DNA of 64,000 nucleotides. Origin: the human T2T-CHM13v2.0 reference genome, Homo sapiens. A program made the position numbers and the translations under genes. Where the stretch lies: assembly GCF_009914755.1 (NCBI RefSeq), contig NC_060944.1; one strand, written 5' to 3'. The notes under the pieces were generated by a model. It saw nothing but the letters and a program-made list of their open reading frames with translations. It was not told the DNA's origin and ran no database searches. Shown here piece by piece: positions 42,401 through 55,400 of this stretch; the stretch's first letter is position 1, and each line of letters opens with the position of its first letter.

Positions 42401-43199
42401 AAAGGAATGGAATGGAAGTCTATGGACTAGAAGAGAATGGAATCGAAAGGAATGGATTGAAATGAAATGGAATCAAACTGGTTGAAATGGAATGCATTCA
42501 AATGGAATGGAACGGAATGGACTAAAATGGAATAGAATCGAATGCAATGGACACAAATGGAATGCAATGGAATGGACTCGAATGGAATAGAATAGACAAG
42601 AATGGAATGGAAAGCAGTGGAATGGAATGGAATGGACTCGAATGTAATGGAATGTACTCGAATGGAATGGAATGGAATGGAATGGACTCGAATTGAATGC
42701 AACTGAATTTAATGGACTCGAAAGGAATCAAATGGATTGGAATGGAATGGAAGGGACTGGAATGCAATGGACTCGAATGGAATGGAATGGAATGGACTCG
42801 AAGGGAAATAAATGGAATGGAATGGAATGGAATGGAATGGAATGGAATGGAATGGAATGGAATTGAAAGGAATGGAATGGAATCCAATGGACTCGAATGG
42901 AATGGAAGGAAATGGAATGGAATAGAATGGACTTGAATTGAATGGAATGGATTGGACTCAAATGGAATGCAGTAAAACGGAAACAACTCAGGTTTAATGG
43001 AATGGAATGGAATGGACTCAAAAGGAATGGAATGGAATCGAATTACTCGAAAGGAATGGAATGGAATGGAATAGAATGGACTCGAAAGGAAAGGAATGGA
43101 ATGGATTCGAATGGAATGGAAAGGACTCGAATGGAATGCAATGGAAAGGAAACGACTCGAGTTTAATGGAATGGAATGGAATGGACTCGAATGGAATGG

Positions 43200-46100
43200 A
43201 ATGGAATGCACTCGAATGCAATGGAATGGAATGGAAAGGACCTGACAGTAATGGAATGGAATTGAATGGACTCTAATAGAATAGAATGGAAAAGACTTGA
43301 ATGAAACGGAATGGAATGGATTGGAATTGAATGGAAAGTAATGGAATGGAATGCACTAGAATCAAATAGAATGTAATAGAAAGGAATGGATTCCAAAGGA
43401 AGGGAATGGAGTGTACAAGAATGGAATGGGATGGCAAAAAATGGAATGAAATAGAATGGAATGGAACACAATGGAATTTAATGGAATGGACTGTAATGGA
43501 ATGGAAATGAATGGACTCAAAAGTAATGGAATGGAAACGAATGGATTCGAAAAGAATGGAATGGAATGCAATGGAATTCACCCGAATGGAATGGAACGGA
43601 AAGGACTCGAAAGCAATTGAATGGAATTGAATGGAATCGAAAAGAATGAAATGCAATGCAATGGAATGGACTCGAATGGAATGGAATGGAATGGACTCGA
43701 ATGGAATGGAGGGCATTGGAATGGTCTCCAATGGAATGGAACGGAATGGACAGGAATGGAATGGAACTGAATGGAATCGAAGGGACTGGAATGGAATGGA
43801 ATTGAATGGAATGAAAACGACTTGAATGGAACGGAATGGAATGGACTCAAATTTAATGGAATGGACTCGCCTGGAAGAGAAAGAACTCGAATGAAGTTGA
43901 ATGGTATGGAACCGACTCAATTGGAATGGAATGGAATGGAATGGAATTGATTTGACTCGAATGGAAAAGAAAGAAATGGACTTGAATGGAATGGAATGGA
44001 ATAAAATTGAATCCAGTGGAATGGAATGCAATGCAATGGAATGGAATGGAATGGAATGCAATGCAATGGACACGAATGGAACGTAAAGGAATTGACTCAA
44101 ATATAATAGAAAGGAAATGACTCGATTGGAATGGCATGGAAAGTAATGGAATGGATTTGAATGGAATGGAGTATAATGGAATTAAATGGAATGGAATGGA
44201 ATTGAAGGGACTCGAATAGAACAAAATATCTTGGTATGGAATGGACTCGAATGGAATGGAATGGAATGAAACGGACTCGAATGAAATGAAACGGAATGGA
44301 ACGGACTCAAATGGAATGGAAAAGAATGGACTCAAATGGAATGGAATGGAAAGGACTCGAATGGAATGGAATGGAAAAGAATGGAGTTGAATGGAATGGA
44401 ACGGAATGGAATGGATTTGAATGCAATGCAATGGAAAGGACTTGAATGGAATGGGTTGTAATGGAACGGACACAAATGGAATGGAATGGAATGGACTCGA
44501 TTTGAATGGAATGGAATGGACTCGAATGGAATGGAATGGACTTGAACGGAATTCAATGCAATGCAATGGACTCGAATGGAGTGGAATGGAATGGATTTGA
44601 ATGGAATAGAATGCAATGCACTCAAAGGGAATGGAGAGGAATGCAGTGCACAGGAATGGAATGGAATGGAATTGTTTCGAATGGATTACAATGGGATGGA
44701 CTCGAATGGAATGGAATGGAATGGATTTGAATGGACTTGATTGTAATGGAATGGAATTGAAAGGACTCCAATGGAATGGAACGGGATGGACTGCAATGGA
44801 ATGGGATGGAATGGAATGGATTCAAATTTAATGGAATGGAAAGGAATGGAATGGACTTGAATGGAATAGAATGGGATGGGATAGAATGGACTCAAAACAA
44901 TGGAATGGAATGGAATCGAATGGAACCTAATAGACTCGAATGGAATGGAGTGGAATTTAAAGTAATAAACTGTAATGAAACTGAGTCTAATGAATTGAAT
45001 GGAATGCACACCAATGGAATAGAATGGAATGGAATTAAATGGAATGGAATGCAATGGAATGGACTCGAATGGAATGGAATGGAAGAGACATGAATGGAAT
45101 GGAATGGAATTTAGCGGTCTAGAAAAGAATGGAATGGAATGTAACGGAATGGACACGAACGGAATGGAAAGGAATTGACTCGAATGGAATTTAATGGAAT
45201 GGACCCGAATGGAATGGAATAGACTCAAATGGAATGGAAAGGAGTGGAATGGAGTCGAAAGAAATGGAATGGAATGAACTCGAATGGAATGGAATGGCAT
45301 AGAATGGACTCCAATGGAATGGATTGGAATCCACTCGAATGGAATGGAATGGAATGGAATGGAATCAAAAAGAATGTAATGGAATGGAATGGAATATATT
45401 CTAATGGAATAGAATGGAAAGGACTGGAATGAAACGGAATGGAATGGATTGGAATTGAATGGAATGGTATGGAATGGAATGGACTTGAATCGAATAGAAT
45501 GTAATGGAAACGAATGGACTCAAAACGAAGGGAATGGAATGGAATAGAATGGAATGGAATTGAAAAGAATAGAATGAAATAGAAAGCAATGAAAAACAAT
45601 GGCATTTAATGGAATGGACTCTAATGGAATGGAAACGAAAGGACTCAAAAGTAACGGAATGGAACTGAATGGATTCGAAAACAATGGAATGGAAAGCAAT
45701 GCAATGTACTCGAACCGAAAGGAATGGACTCGAAAGTAATTGAATAGAATTGAAAGGAATCAAAAAGAATGAAATGGAATGCAATCGAATGGACTCGAAT
45801 GGAATGGAAAGGAATGGACTCGAAAGGAATGGAATGCATTGGAATGGTCTCCAATGGAATGGAATGGAATGGACTGGAATGGAATAGAATAGAATGGAAT
45901 AGAATGGACTCAAATGGAATGTAATGGAATGGACTCAAAATTAATGGAATGGCATGGAGTCCAATGGAAGAGAAAGAACTCAAATGAAGTTGAATGGTAT
46001 GCAATCGACTCCAGTGGAATGGAACGGAATGGAATGGAATGGAATGGAATAGAATAGAATGAACTCGAAAGGAAAGGAATGGAAAGGAATTGAATGGAAT

Positions 46101-47350
46101 GGAATGGAATGGAATAAAATTGACTCCAGTGGAGTGGAAAGGAATGGAATGGACACGAATGGAATGGAAAGGAATTGACTCAAAAGTAATAGAAAGGAAA
46201 TGACTCGATTGGAATGGAATGGAAAGTAATGGAATGGATTCGAATGGAATAAGTTGAAATGGAATAGAATGCAATGGAATGGAATTGAAGGGACTCGAAT
46301 AGGTCAAAATGTCTTGGTATGGAATGGACTCAAATGGAATGGAATGGAATGGAATGAAACGGACTCGAATGGAATGGAATGGAATGGACTCGAATGGAAT
46401 AGAATAGAATGGACTCCAATGGAATTGAATGGAAAGGAATGGAATCTAATGGAATGGAACGGAATGGAATGGATTTGAATGCAATGAAATGGAATGGACT
46501 TGAATGGAATGTGTTGGAATGGACTCAAGTGGAATGGAATGGAATGGAATGGAATGGACTCAAATGGAATGGAATGGAATGGAATGGACTTGAACGGAAT
46601 TCAATGCAATCGAATGGACTCGAATGGAATGGAATGGAAAGGAATGGAATGGAATGGATTTGAATGGAATAGAATTGAATGCACTCGAAAGGAATGTAGA
46701 GGAATGGAGTGGACTGGAATTGAATGGAATGCAATTGACTCAAATGGAATGCAATGGAATGCAATGGAATGGACTCGAATGGAATGGAATGGAATGGATT
46801 TGAAAGGACATGATTGTAATGGAATGGAATTGAAAGGACTCCAATAGAATGGAACAGAATGGACTCTAATGGAATGGAATGGAATGGATTGGAATTTAAT
46901 GGAATGGAAAGGAATGGAATGGACTTGAATGGGATTGAATGGAATGAGATGGAATGGAATCAAAGCAATGTAATGTAATGGAATCGAATGGAACCTAATA
47001 GACTCGAATGGAATGGAATGGAACTTAACGGAATAAACTGTAAAGGAAGTGGGCCTTATGAATTGAATGGAATGCACACCAATGGAATAGAATGGAATGG
47101 ACTTAAATGGAATGGAATATAATGGAATGGAATCAAATGGAAGGGAATTGAAGAGACTTGAATGGAATCAAATGGAATTTAGTTGTCTAGAAAGGAATGA
47201 AATGGAATATAATGGAATGGACTCGAATGGAATGGAAAGCAATTCAATCGAATGGAATTTAATGGAATGGACCCGAAAGGAATGGAATGGAATGGATTCC
47301 AATGGAATGGAACGGAATGGGGAGGAATGGACTTGAATGGAATGGAATGG
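43200..47350 (+). repeat. ~2.1 kb diverged tandem duplication (2 copies)
   Basis: Paired landmarks: GGAAGAGAAAGAACTC(G/A)AATGAAGTTGAATGGTATG ~43,874/~45,966; TCTTGGTATGG ~44,229/~46,312; AACCTAATAGACTCGAA ~44,924/~46,992; TGCACACCAATGG ~45,005/~47,073. Confidence 0.88.
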
Positions 47351-48994
47351 AATGGATTGGAATGTACTCGAATGGAATGGAATGGATTGGAATGGACACG
47401 AATTGAATGGAATGGAATGGAATGGAATGGAATGGAATGGAATGGATTTGAATTGAATGGAATGGAAAGGACTCGAATGGAATGGAATGGAATGGACTCC
47501 AATGTAGTGCAATGGAATTGAAAGGACACGAAAGGAATGGAATATAGCTGAATAGTATGGATTCGAATGAAAAGGAATGGAATGGAGTGGAATGGAATGG
47601 AATGGAATGGAATGGAATGGAATGGACTCAAACGGAATGCAAATGAATCAAATGGACCTCAAAAGAATGGAAGGGAATGGACTGGACTCGAATAGAATGG
47701 AATGGAATTTAATGGAATGGACACTAATGGAATGGAAACTAATCTAATGGAATGGAATGGAATGGATTCAAACGGAATAGAATTCAATGGACTCTAAAGG
47801 AGTGGAATGCAAAGAAATGGTATCGAATGGAATGGAATGGAATTGACTCACATGGAATGGAATGGAATGGAATGGAATGGCCTCGAAAGGAATAGAAAGC
47901 AAGGAATGGACTCCAAATGATTGGAATGAAATGCAATGGACTCGAGTGGAATGGAATGGAATGGATTCGAATGGAATGTAATGGAATGGAATGTAACAGA
48001 ATGGACTCGAATGGAATGGAAAGGAATTGAATGGAATGGAATGGAAAGGAATGGAATGGAATGGAATGGCATGGAATGGCATGGACTAGAATTGAATGAA
48101 TTGAAATGGAATAGAAAGGACTCTAATGGAAAGGAATAGAAAGGAAAGGATTCGAATGGAATGGAATTTAATCGAATGGAGTGGAATGGAATGGAGTCTA
48201 ATGGAATGGAATTGAATGGAATGGAATGGATTCGAATGAAATGGAATGCACTCTAGTAGAATGGAATGGAGGAGAAAGGACTTGAATGGAATGGCATGGC
48301 ATCGAATAGAAAGGAATGGACTCTAATGTATTGGAATGGAATGGAGTCACATGGAAAGGAATCGAATTTAATGTAATTGAATGGAATGGAACGGATATGA
48401 ATGTACATGAATGGAATTGAATGGACTTGAATGGAAAGGAATGGAATTGAATGGAATGGAAGGCACTCGAATGGAATGGAATAGAAGGGAATCCACTCGA
48501 TTAGAATGAAATGGAATGGAATGGACTCGAATGGAATGGAATGGAATGGAATGGATTGGAATGGAATGGAATGGACACGAATGGAATGGAATGGAATAGA
48601 ATGGAGTGCAGTGGAAAAGGAATGGAATGGAATGGAATGGAATGGAATGGAATGGACTCGAATGCAATGGAATGGAATGGAATGCGCTCAAATGGAATGG
48701 AATGGAATGTAAGGGACTCAAAAGGAATGGAAAGGAATGGAATTTACTCGAATGGAAGGAAAGGAACCGAATAGAATGGAGTACAATGGAATGCAAAGGA
48801 CCCCGAAGGAATGGAATGGAATGGACTGGAATGGAATGGATTGGAATGGACTTGAATGGTAAAGAACGGAATTTAATGGAATGGAATTGAAGGAAATGAA
48901 ATGGATTGAACAGAAATGGAATGGAATGTACTCGAAAAGAATGGAGTGGAATTTAATGGAATGGACACTAAAGGAATGGAATCTAATGGAATGG

Positions 48995-51500
48995 ACAGGA
49001 ATCAACCCGTGTGGAATGGAAAGGAATGGAATGGAATGGAAAGGAATGGAATGGCACTGAACGGAATCAACACGAGTGGAATGGAATGGAATGGAATGGA
49101 ATGGAATGGAATGGAATGGAATCAACCCGAGTGGAATGTAATGTAATGAAATGGAATGGCATGGAGTGGAATGAACGTGAGTGGAAGGGAAAGGTATGGA
49201 ATGAAATGGAATGGAATGGAATGGTATGGAAAGGAATGGAATGGAAAGGAAAGAAATGCAATGGAATCAAAACGAGTGGAATGGAATGGAATGTAAAGGA
49301 ATGGAGTGGAATTCAATAGAATCATCCCGAGTGGAATGGAATGGAAAGGTATTGAACGGAATGGAATGGAATGGAATGGAATCCAATCCAGTGTAAAGGA
49401 ATGGAACGGAATGGAATGGAATGGAATGGAAAGGAATGAACTGGAATGGAATAAATTCGAGTGGAATGGAATGGAATGAAAAGTAATATAATGTAAATGA
49501 ATGGAATACACCTGACTGGAAAGGAAAGGAATGGAATGGAATGGAATGAATGGAATGGATTGGAATGGAATCAACCCGAGTGGAAAGGAATGGAATGGAA
49601 TGGAATGGAATGGAATGGAATGGAATGGAATGGAATGGAACGGAATGGAATGGAATGGAATGGAATGGAACGGATTGGAATGGAATCAACCAGTGTGGAA
49701 TGGATAGGAATGGAATGGAATGGAATGGAAAGCAATGGAATGGAATGGAATGGAAAGGAACCGAATGGAATGGAATGGAAGGGAATGGAATCAACCCGAG
49801 TGGAATGGAATGGAATTAAATGGAATGGAATGGAATGGAATGGAATGAAATGGATTGGAATCAAACCGCGTGGAATATAGTGGATTTGAATGGAATGGAA
49901 TCAACATGATAGGAATGGAAAGGAATGGAATGGAATGCAAAGGAATTGAATGGAAAGGAATAGAGTCAACCCTACTGGAATGGAAGGGAATGGAATGGAA
50001 AAGAATGGAATGGAATGGAATGCAATGGAATCAACCCGAATGGAATGGAATGGAATGGAATGGAATGGAATGGAATGGAATGGAATGAAATGGAGTAAAA
50101 CCGACTGCAATGTAAAGGAATGGAATGGAATGGAATGGGACGGAATGGAATGGAATGGAATGGAATGGAATGGAATGGAATGGAATGCATTCAAAATGAG
50201 AGGAATGGAATGGAATGGAGTGGAATGGAATGGAATGACATGGAATAGAATGAAATGGAATGCAATGGAATGGAATGGAATGGAATAAAACCAAGTGGAA
50301 TTGAATTGAATGGAATGGAATGGAATGGAATGGAATGGAATCAACACAAGTGGAATGGAATGGATTGGAATGGAATGGAATGGACTTTACACGAGTGGAA
50401 TGGAATGGAATGGAATGGAATGGAATGGAATGGAATGGAATGGAATGAATGGAATCAACCTGACTGAAATGCAATGGAATGGAATGGAATGGAATGGAAT
50501 GGAATGGAATGGAATGGAATGGAATCAACACGAGTGGAATGAAATGGAATGGAATGAAATGAAATGGAAAGGAATGGAATGGAATCAACACGACTGGAAT
50601 GGAATGCAATGGAATGATATAGAGTGGAATGGAATCCACCCGAGTGGAATGGAATGGAATGGAATGGAATGGAATGGAATGCAATGGAATGCAATGGAAT
50701 GGAAGCAACCCGAGTGGAATGGAATGGAATGGAAATGAATGGAATGGAATGGAATGGAATCAAGCCGAGTGGAATGGAATGGAATGCAATGAAATGGAAT
50801 GGAATGGAATGGAATGGAATGGAATGGAATGGAATGGAATGGAATGGAAAGGAATGGAATCATAGCGAGTGGAATGGAATGGAATGAAATGGAATGGAAT
50901 GCATTTCAATGGAATGGAATGGAATGGATTCAACGCGAGTGGAATGGAATGGAATGGAATGGAAGGGAATGTAATGGAATGGAATCAACCCGAGTGGAAT
51001 AGAATGGAATGGAATGGAATGGAATGGAATAGAAGGGAATGGAATGGAATGCAATGGAATCAACCCGAGTAGAATGGAAAGGAAGGGAACGGAATGGAAT
51101 GCAATGCAATGGAATCCACCCGATTAGAATGGAAAGGAATGACATGGAATGGAATGGAATGGAATGGATTGGAAAGGAATGCAAGGGCATGGAATGGAAT
51201 GGAGTCAACTGGAATGGAATGGAATGGAATGGAATCAACACGAGTGGAATGAAATGGAAAGGAACGGAATGGAAAGGAATGGAATGCAAAGGAACTGAAT
51301 GTAATGGAATCGAATGCAGTGGAATTGAATGGAATGGAATGGAATGGAATGGAATCAATGTGAGTGTAATGGAATGGAATGGAACGGAATGGAGTGGAAT
51401 GCAATGGAATGGAATGGAATGGAATCAATGCGAGTGCAATGGAATGGAATGGAATGGAATGGAGTAAATAGAATGGAATCGATTTTAATTGAATGGAAAC
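48995..51500 (+). repeat. Island of domain-1-type (CAACCCGAGT) HSat3 embedded in domain 2
   Basis: CAACCCGTGT/CAACACGAGT/CAACCCGAGT reappear from 49,003, GACTCGAAT disappears until ~51,660, and long pure GGAAT runs return. Confidence 0.9.
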
Positions 51501-52301
51501 AACTGGAATGGAATGGAATGGAATGGAATGGAATGGAATGGAATGCCATGGAATGGAATGCCATGGAATGGAAACGAATGAAATGGAATGCTATGGAGTC
51601 AAGTGGAATCAAATGGAATGGATTCGAATGGGATGTAATGGAAGTGAATGGAACGGAATGGACTCGAGTGGAATGGAATGGAATTGAACGGAATGGAATG
51701 GAATGGAATGACATGGACTTGAATGGAAAGAAATAGAATGGAATATAAAGGATTCAAGTCGAATGGAATGGAAAGGAATGGAAACGAATGGAATTCAGTG
51801 GAATGGAATGCAAAGAAATGGACCGAAATGGAATGGAATTGAATGGAATGGACTCGACTCGAATGGAAAGGAATGGAATCGAATGGATTGGAATGGAATG
51901 GAGTCGAATGAAATGGAATGGAATTGAATGATCTCGAATGGAAAGGAATGGATTTGAATGTACTCGAAAGTAAAGGAATGCACTTGAATGGAAAGGAATG
52001 CACTCGAATAGAATGGAATTAACTCGAATGGATTGGAATGTAATGGAATAGACTCGAATGCAATTGAATGCAATGGAAAGGAGTGGAATGGAATGGAATG
52101 GAATGGACTCGAATGGCATGGATTGGAATGAAATAGACTCGAATGGAATGAACACAACTCGAATGAAGTTTAACGGAATGGACTCGAATGGAATGGAATG
52201 GAATGGAAAGGAATCCAATGTAATGGAAGGGAAAGGAATGACCTCAAATGGAATGGACTTGAATGGAATGGAATGGAATGGAAAAGAGTGAATAGGAATG
52301 C

Positions 52302-52440
52302 AAAGGAATGGAATGGAATGATGTCGAATTGCATGGAATTTAATGGAATAGAATGGAATGGAAAGGAATGGAATGGAATGATGTCGAATTGAATGGAATT
52401 TAATGGAATAGAATGGAATGGAAAGGAATGGAATGGAATG
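52302..52440 (+). repeat. 60 bp tandem duplication
   Basis: The 60-mers starting at 52,321 and 52,381 (ATGTCGAATTG(C/A)ATGGAATTTAATGGAATAGAATGG...) differ at one base. Confidence 0.93.
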
Positions 52441-55400
52441 GAATGGAATGGAATGGAATGGACTGGAATGGAACAGAATGGAATGGAATGGACTCGAACG
52501 GAATGCAATGGATTGGATTGGACACGAATGGAATGGATAAAATGGACTCGAATGGAATAGAATTGAAAGGACTCGAATGGAATGAAATGGACTCGAATGG
52601 AATGGAATGCAATGGAATGGACTCGAATGGAATGGAATGGAATGGAATGGAATGGACTCGAATGGAAATGAGTGGAATGAAATCGACTAGAATGGAATGG
52701 AATGGAATGGAATGGAATGGACCTGAAAGGAATGCAGTGAATGAACGGAATGGAATGAACTTGAATGGAAGAGAATTTAATGGAATGGATTGGACTTGAA
52801 TGGAATGGGATAGAATGGACTCGAATGGAATGGAATGGAATGGACATGAATAAAATGGAATGGAATGGAATGGAACATACTTGATTGGAATAGAATGAAA
52901 TTTAATGCAATGGAAACTCATGGAATGGAAGGGAGTGGACTCAAAAGGAAGAGAATGGAATGGACTCTGATGGAATGGATTGCAATGGAATGGATTCGAA
53001 TTGAATGGAATGAAGCCAAATGGACTGGAATGAAATGTTATCAACTCGAGTTGAATGGAATGGAATGGAATGGACTCGAATGAATGGAATGCAATGTAAT
53101 GGAATCGAGTGGAATGGAATGGAATTTACCCGAATGGAATGGCATGGACATGAATGCAATGAAATGGAAATGAATGGAATGCAATGGACTTGAAAGGAAT
53201 GGAATGGAATAAAATGGACTCGAATGAAATGTAATAGACTCGAATTGAATGGAATGGAATTTACTTGAATGGAATGGAATTGACTCGAATGGAATGCAAT
53301 GGAATGGACCTGAATCGAATGGAATGGAATGAAAATAAACAGAATGGAATGGAATGGAACAGACCCTAACGGAATGGAATGGAATGGAATGGAATGGAAT
53401 GGAATGGAATGGAATGGAATGGAATGGAATGGACTCAAATGGAATGGAATGGAATGGAATGGAATGGAATGGAATGGAATGGAATGGAAAGGAATGGAAT
53501 GGACTCCAAAGGGATGGAAAGGAATGGAATGGAATCGAAAGGAATTGAAAGGAATGAACTCGAATGGAATGGAATTGAATGGACTCGAATGGAATGGAAT
53601 GGACTCGAAGGGAATGGAATGGAACCGCTTGGATTGGAATGGAATCAAATGGAATGCATTGGAATGGAATGGAATGCACTTCAATGGAGTAGAATTGAAG
53701 GGAATGGATTCGAATGGAATGGAATGATCTCGAATGGAATGGAAAGGAATGGAATCGAATGGAATAGAACGGAATTGATTTGAATGAAACGGAATGGTGT
53801 GGACTCGAATGGAATGTGTTGCAATGGAATGGACACGAATTGAATGAAATGGAGTGGACTCAAATTGAATATAATGGAATGGAATGGACTAGAATAGAAT
53901 GGAATGGATTGGACACGAATGGAATTGAATGGAGACGAATGGAATGGAATGGAATAGACTGTAATGGACTCGAATGGAATTGAATGGAAAGTAATGGAAT
54001 GAACTCGAATGGAATGGAATGGACTAGAATGGAATTTACTGGAATGGACTCGATTGGAATGCAATTGAATTGAGTTGAATGCAATTGAACGGAATGTAAA
54101 GGAATGGAATGGAATGGAAACGAATTGAATGGAAAGGAATGGAATGGAAGATAATGGAAGGGAATGGACTCGAATGGAATGGATTCGAATGGAATGTTCT
54201 CGAATGGAATAGATTCAAACGGAATGGACTGCAATGGAATACATGGGAATGGAATAGTGTGGAATGGAATGGTCTCGACTGAAATAGAATATACTGGAAT
54301 GGAAATGAATAGAATAAAAAGAAATGGAAAGGAATTTATTCAAATGGAATGGAATAGAATGGAATGGACTCAAATGGAAATTACTTGAATAGAATGGAAT
54401 GGAATGGAATGGAATGGAGTCGAATGGAACGGACTCTAACGTAATGCACTGGAATGGAAAGGACTCGAAAGGAATTGAATTGAATGGAATGAAATCAAAT
54501 GGAATGGAATCGAGTTGAATGGAATGGAATCGAATGGAATGTTAACGAATGGAATGGAAAGGATTGGAATGGAATGCATTGGAATCAAATGTAATTGAAT
54601 GGAACGGAATCGATAGGAATGGAAGGGACCCAAATGGAATGGACTAAAAAAGAACGGACTCGAAAAGAATGGAATCTAAAGAATGTAATGGAATGCAACC
54701 GAACGGAATACAATCGAACGGACTGGAATACAATGTAAGGGAATGGAATGGAAAGGACTCGAATGTAATGAACTGGAATGAAATGGAACCGCATGGAATG
54801 GAATGAAATGGAATTGACTCGAATGTTATATACCAGAATTGAATGGACTCGAATGTAATAGACTTGAATGGAATGGAACAGAATGGAAAAGAATGGAATG
54901 GAATGCAATGGACTCCAATGTAATGCACTGGAGTGGAATGGACATGAATGGAATGGACTCGTATGGAATGGACTGGGAAGGAATGAACCCGAATAAAATG
55001 GACTCCAATGGAATGAAAATGAATGGAATGGAATCGAACGGAATGGAATCGAATGGAATGGAATCGAATGGAATGGAGTTGACTGGAATGGATTTGAATG
55101 AAATGGACTTGAATGGAATCGAATCGAATATAAAGGAATGGAGTGGAATACAATGGAAAGGAAAGGAATGGAATGGAATGGAATGAAATGAAATGGAATG
55201 GAATGGAATAGAATGCAAAGGAATCAAATGGAATGGACTCCATTGGAATACACTGGAATGGTATAGACTCAAATGCAATAGACTCGCATGTAATGTAATC
55301 GGATGAAATGAAATCAAATCGAATTGAATGAAATGTAATGGAAGGCATCAAATCAAATGGAATGCAATGGAATGGAAGGGAATGGAATCGAGTGGAATGC

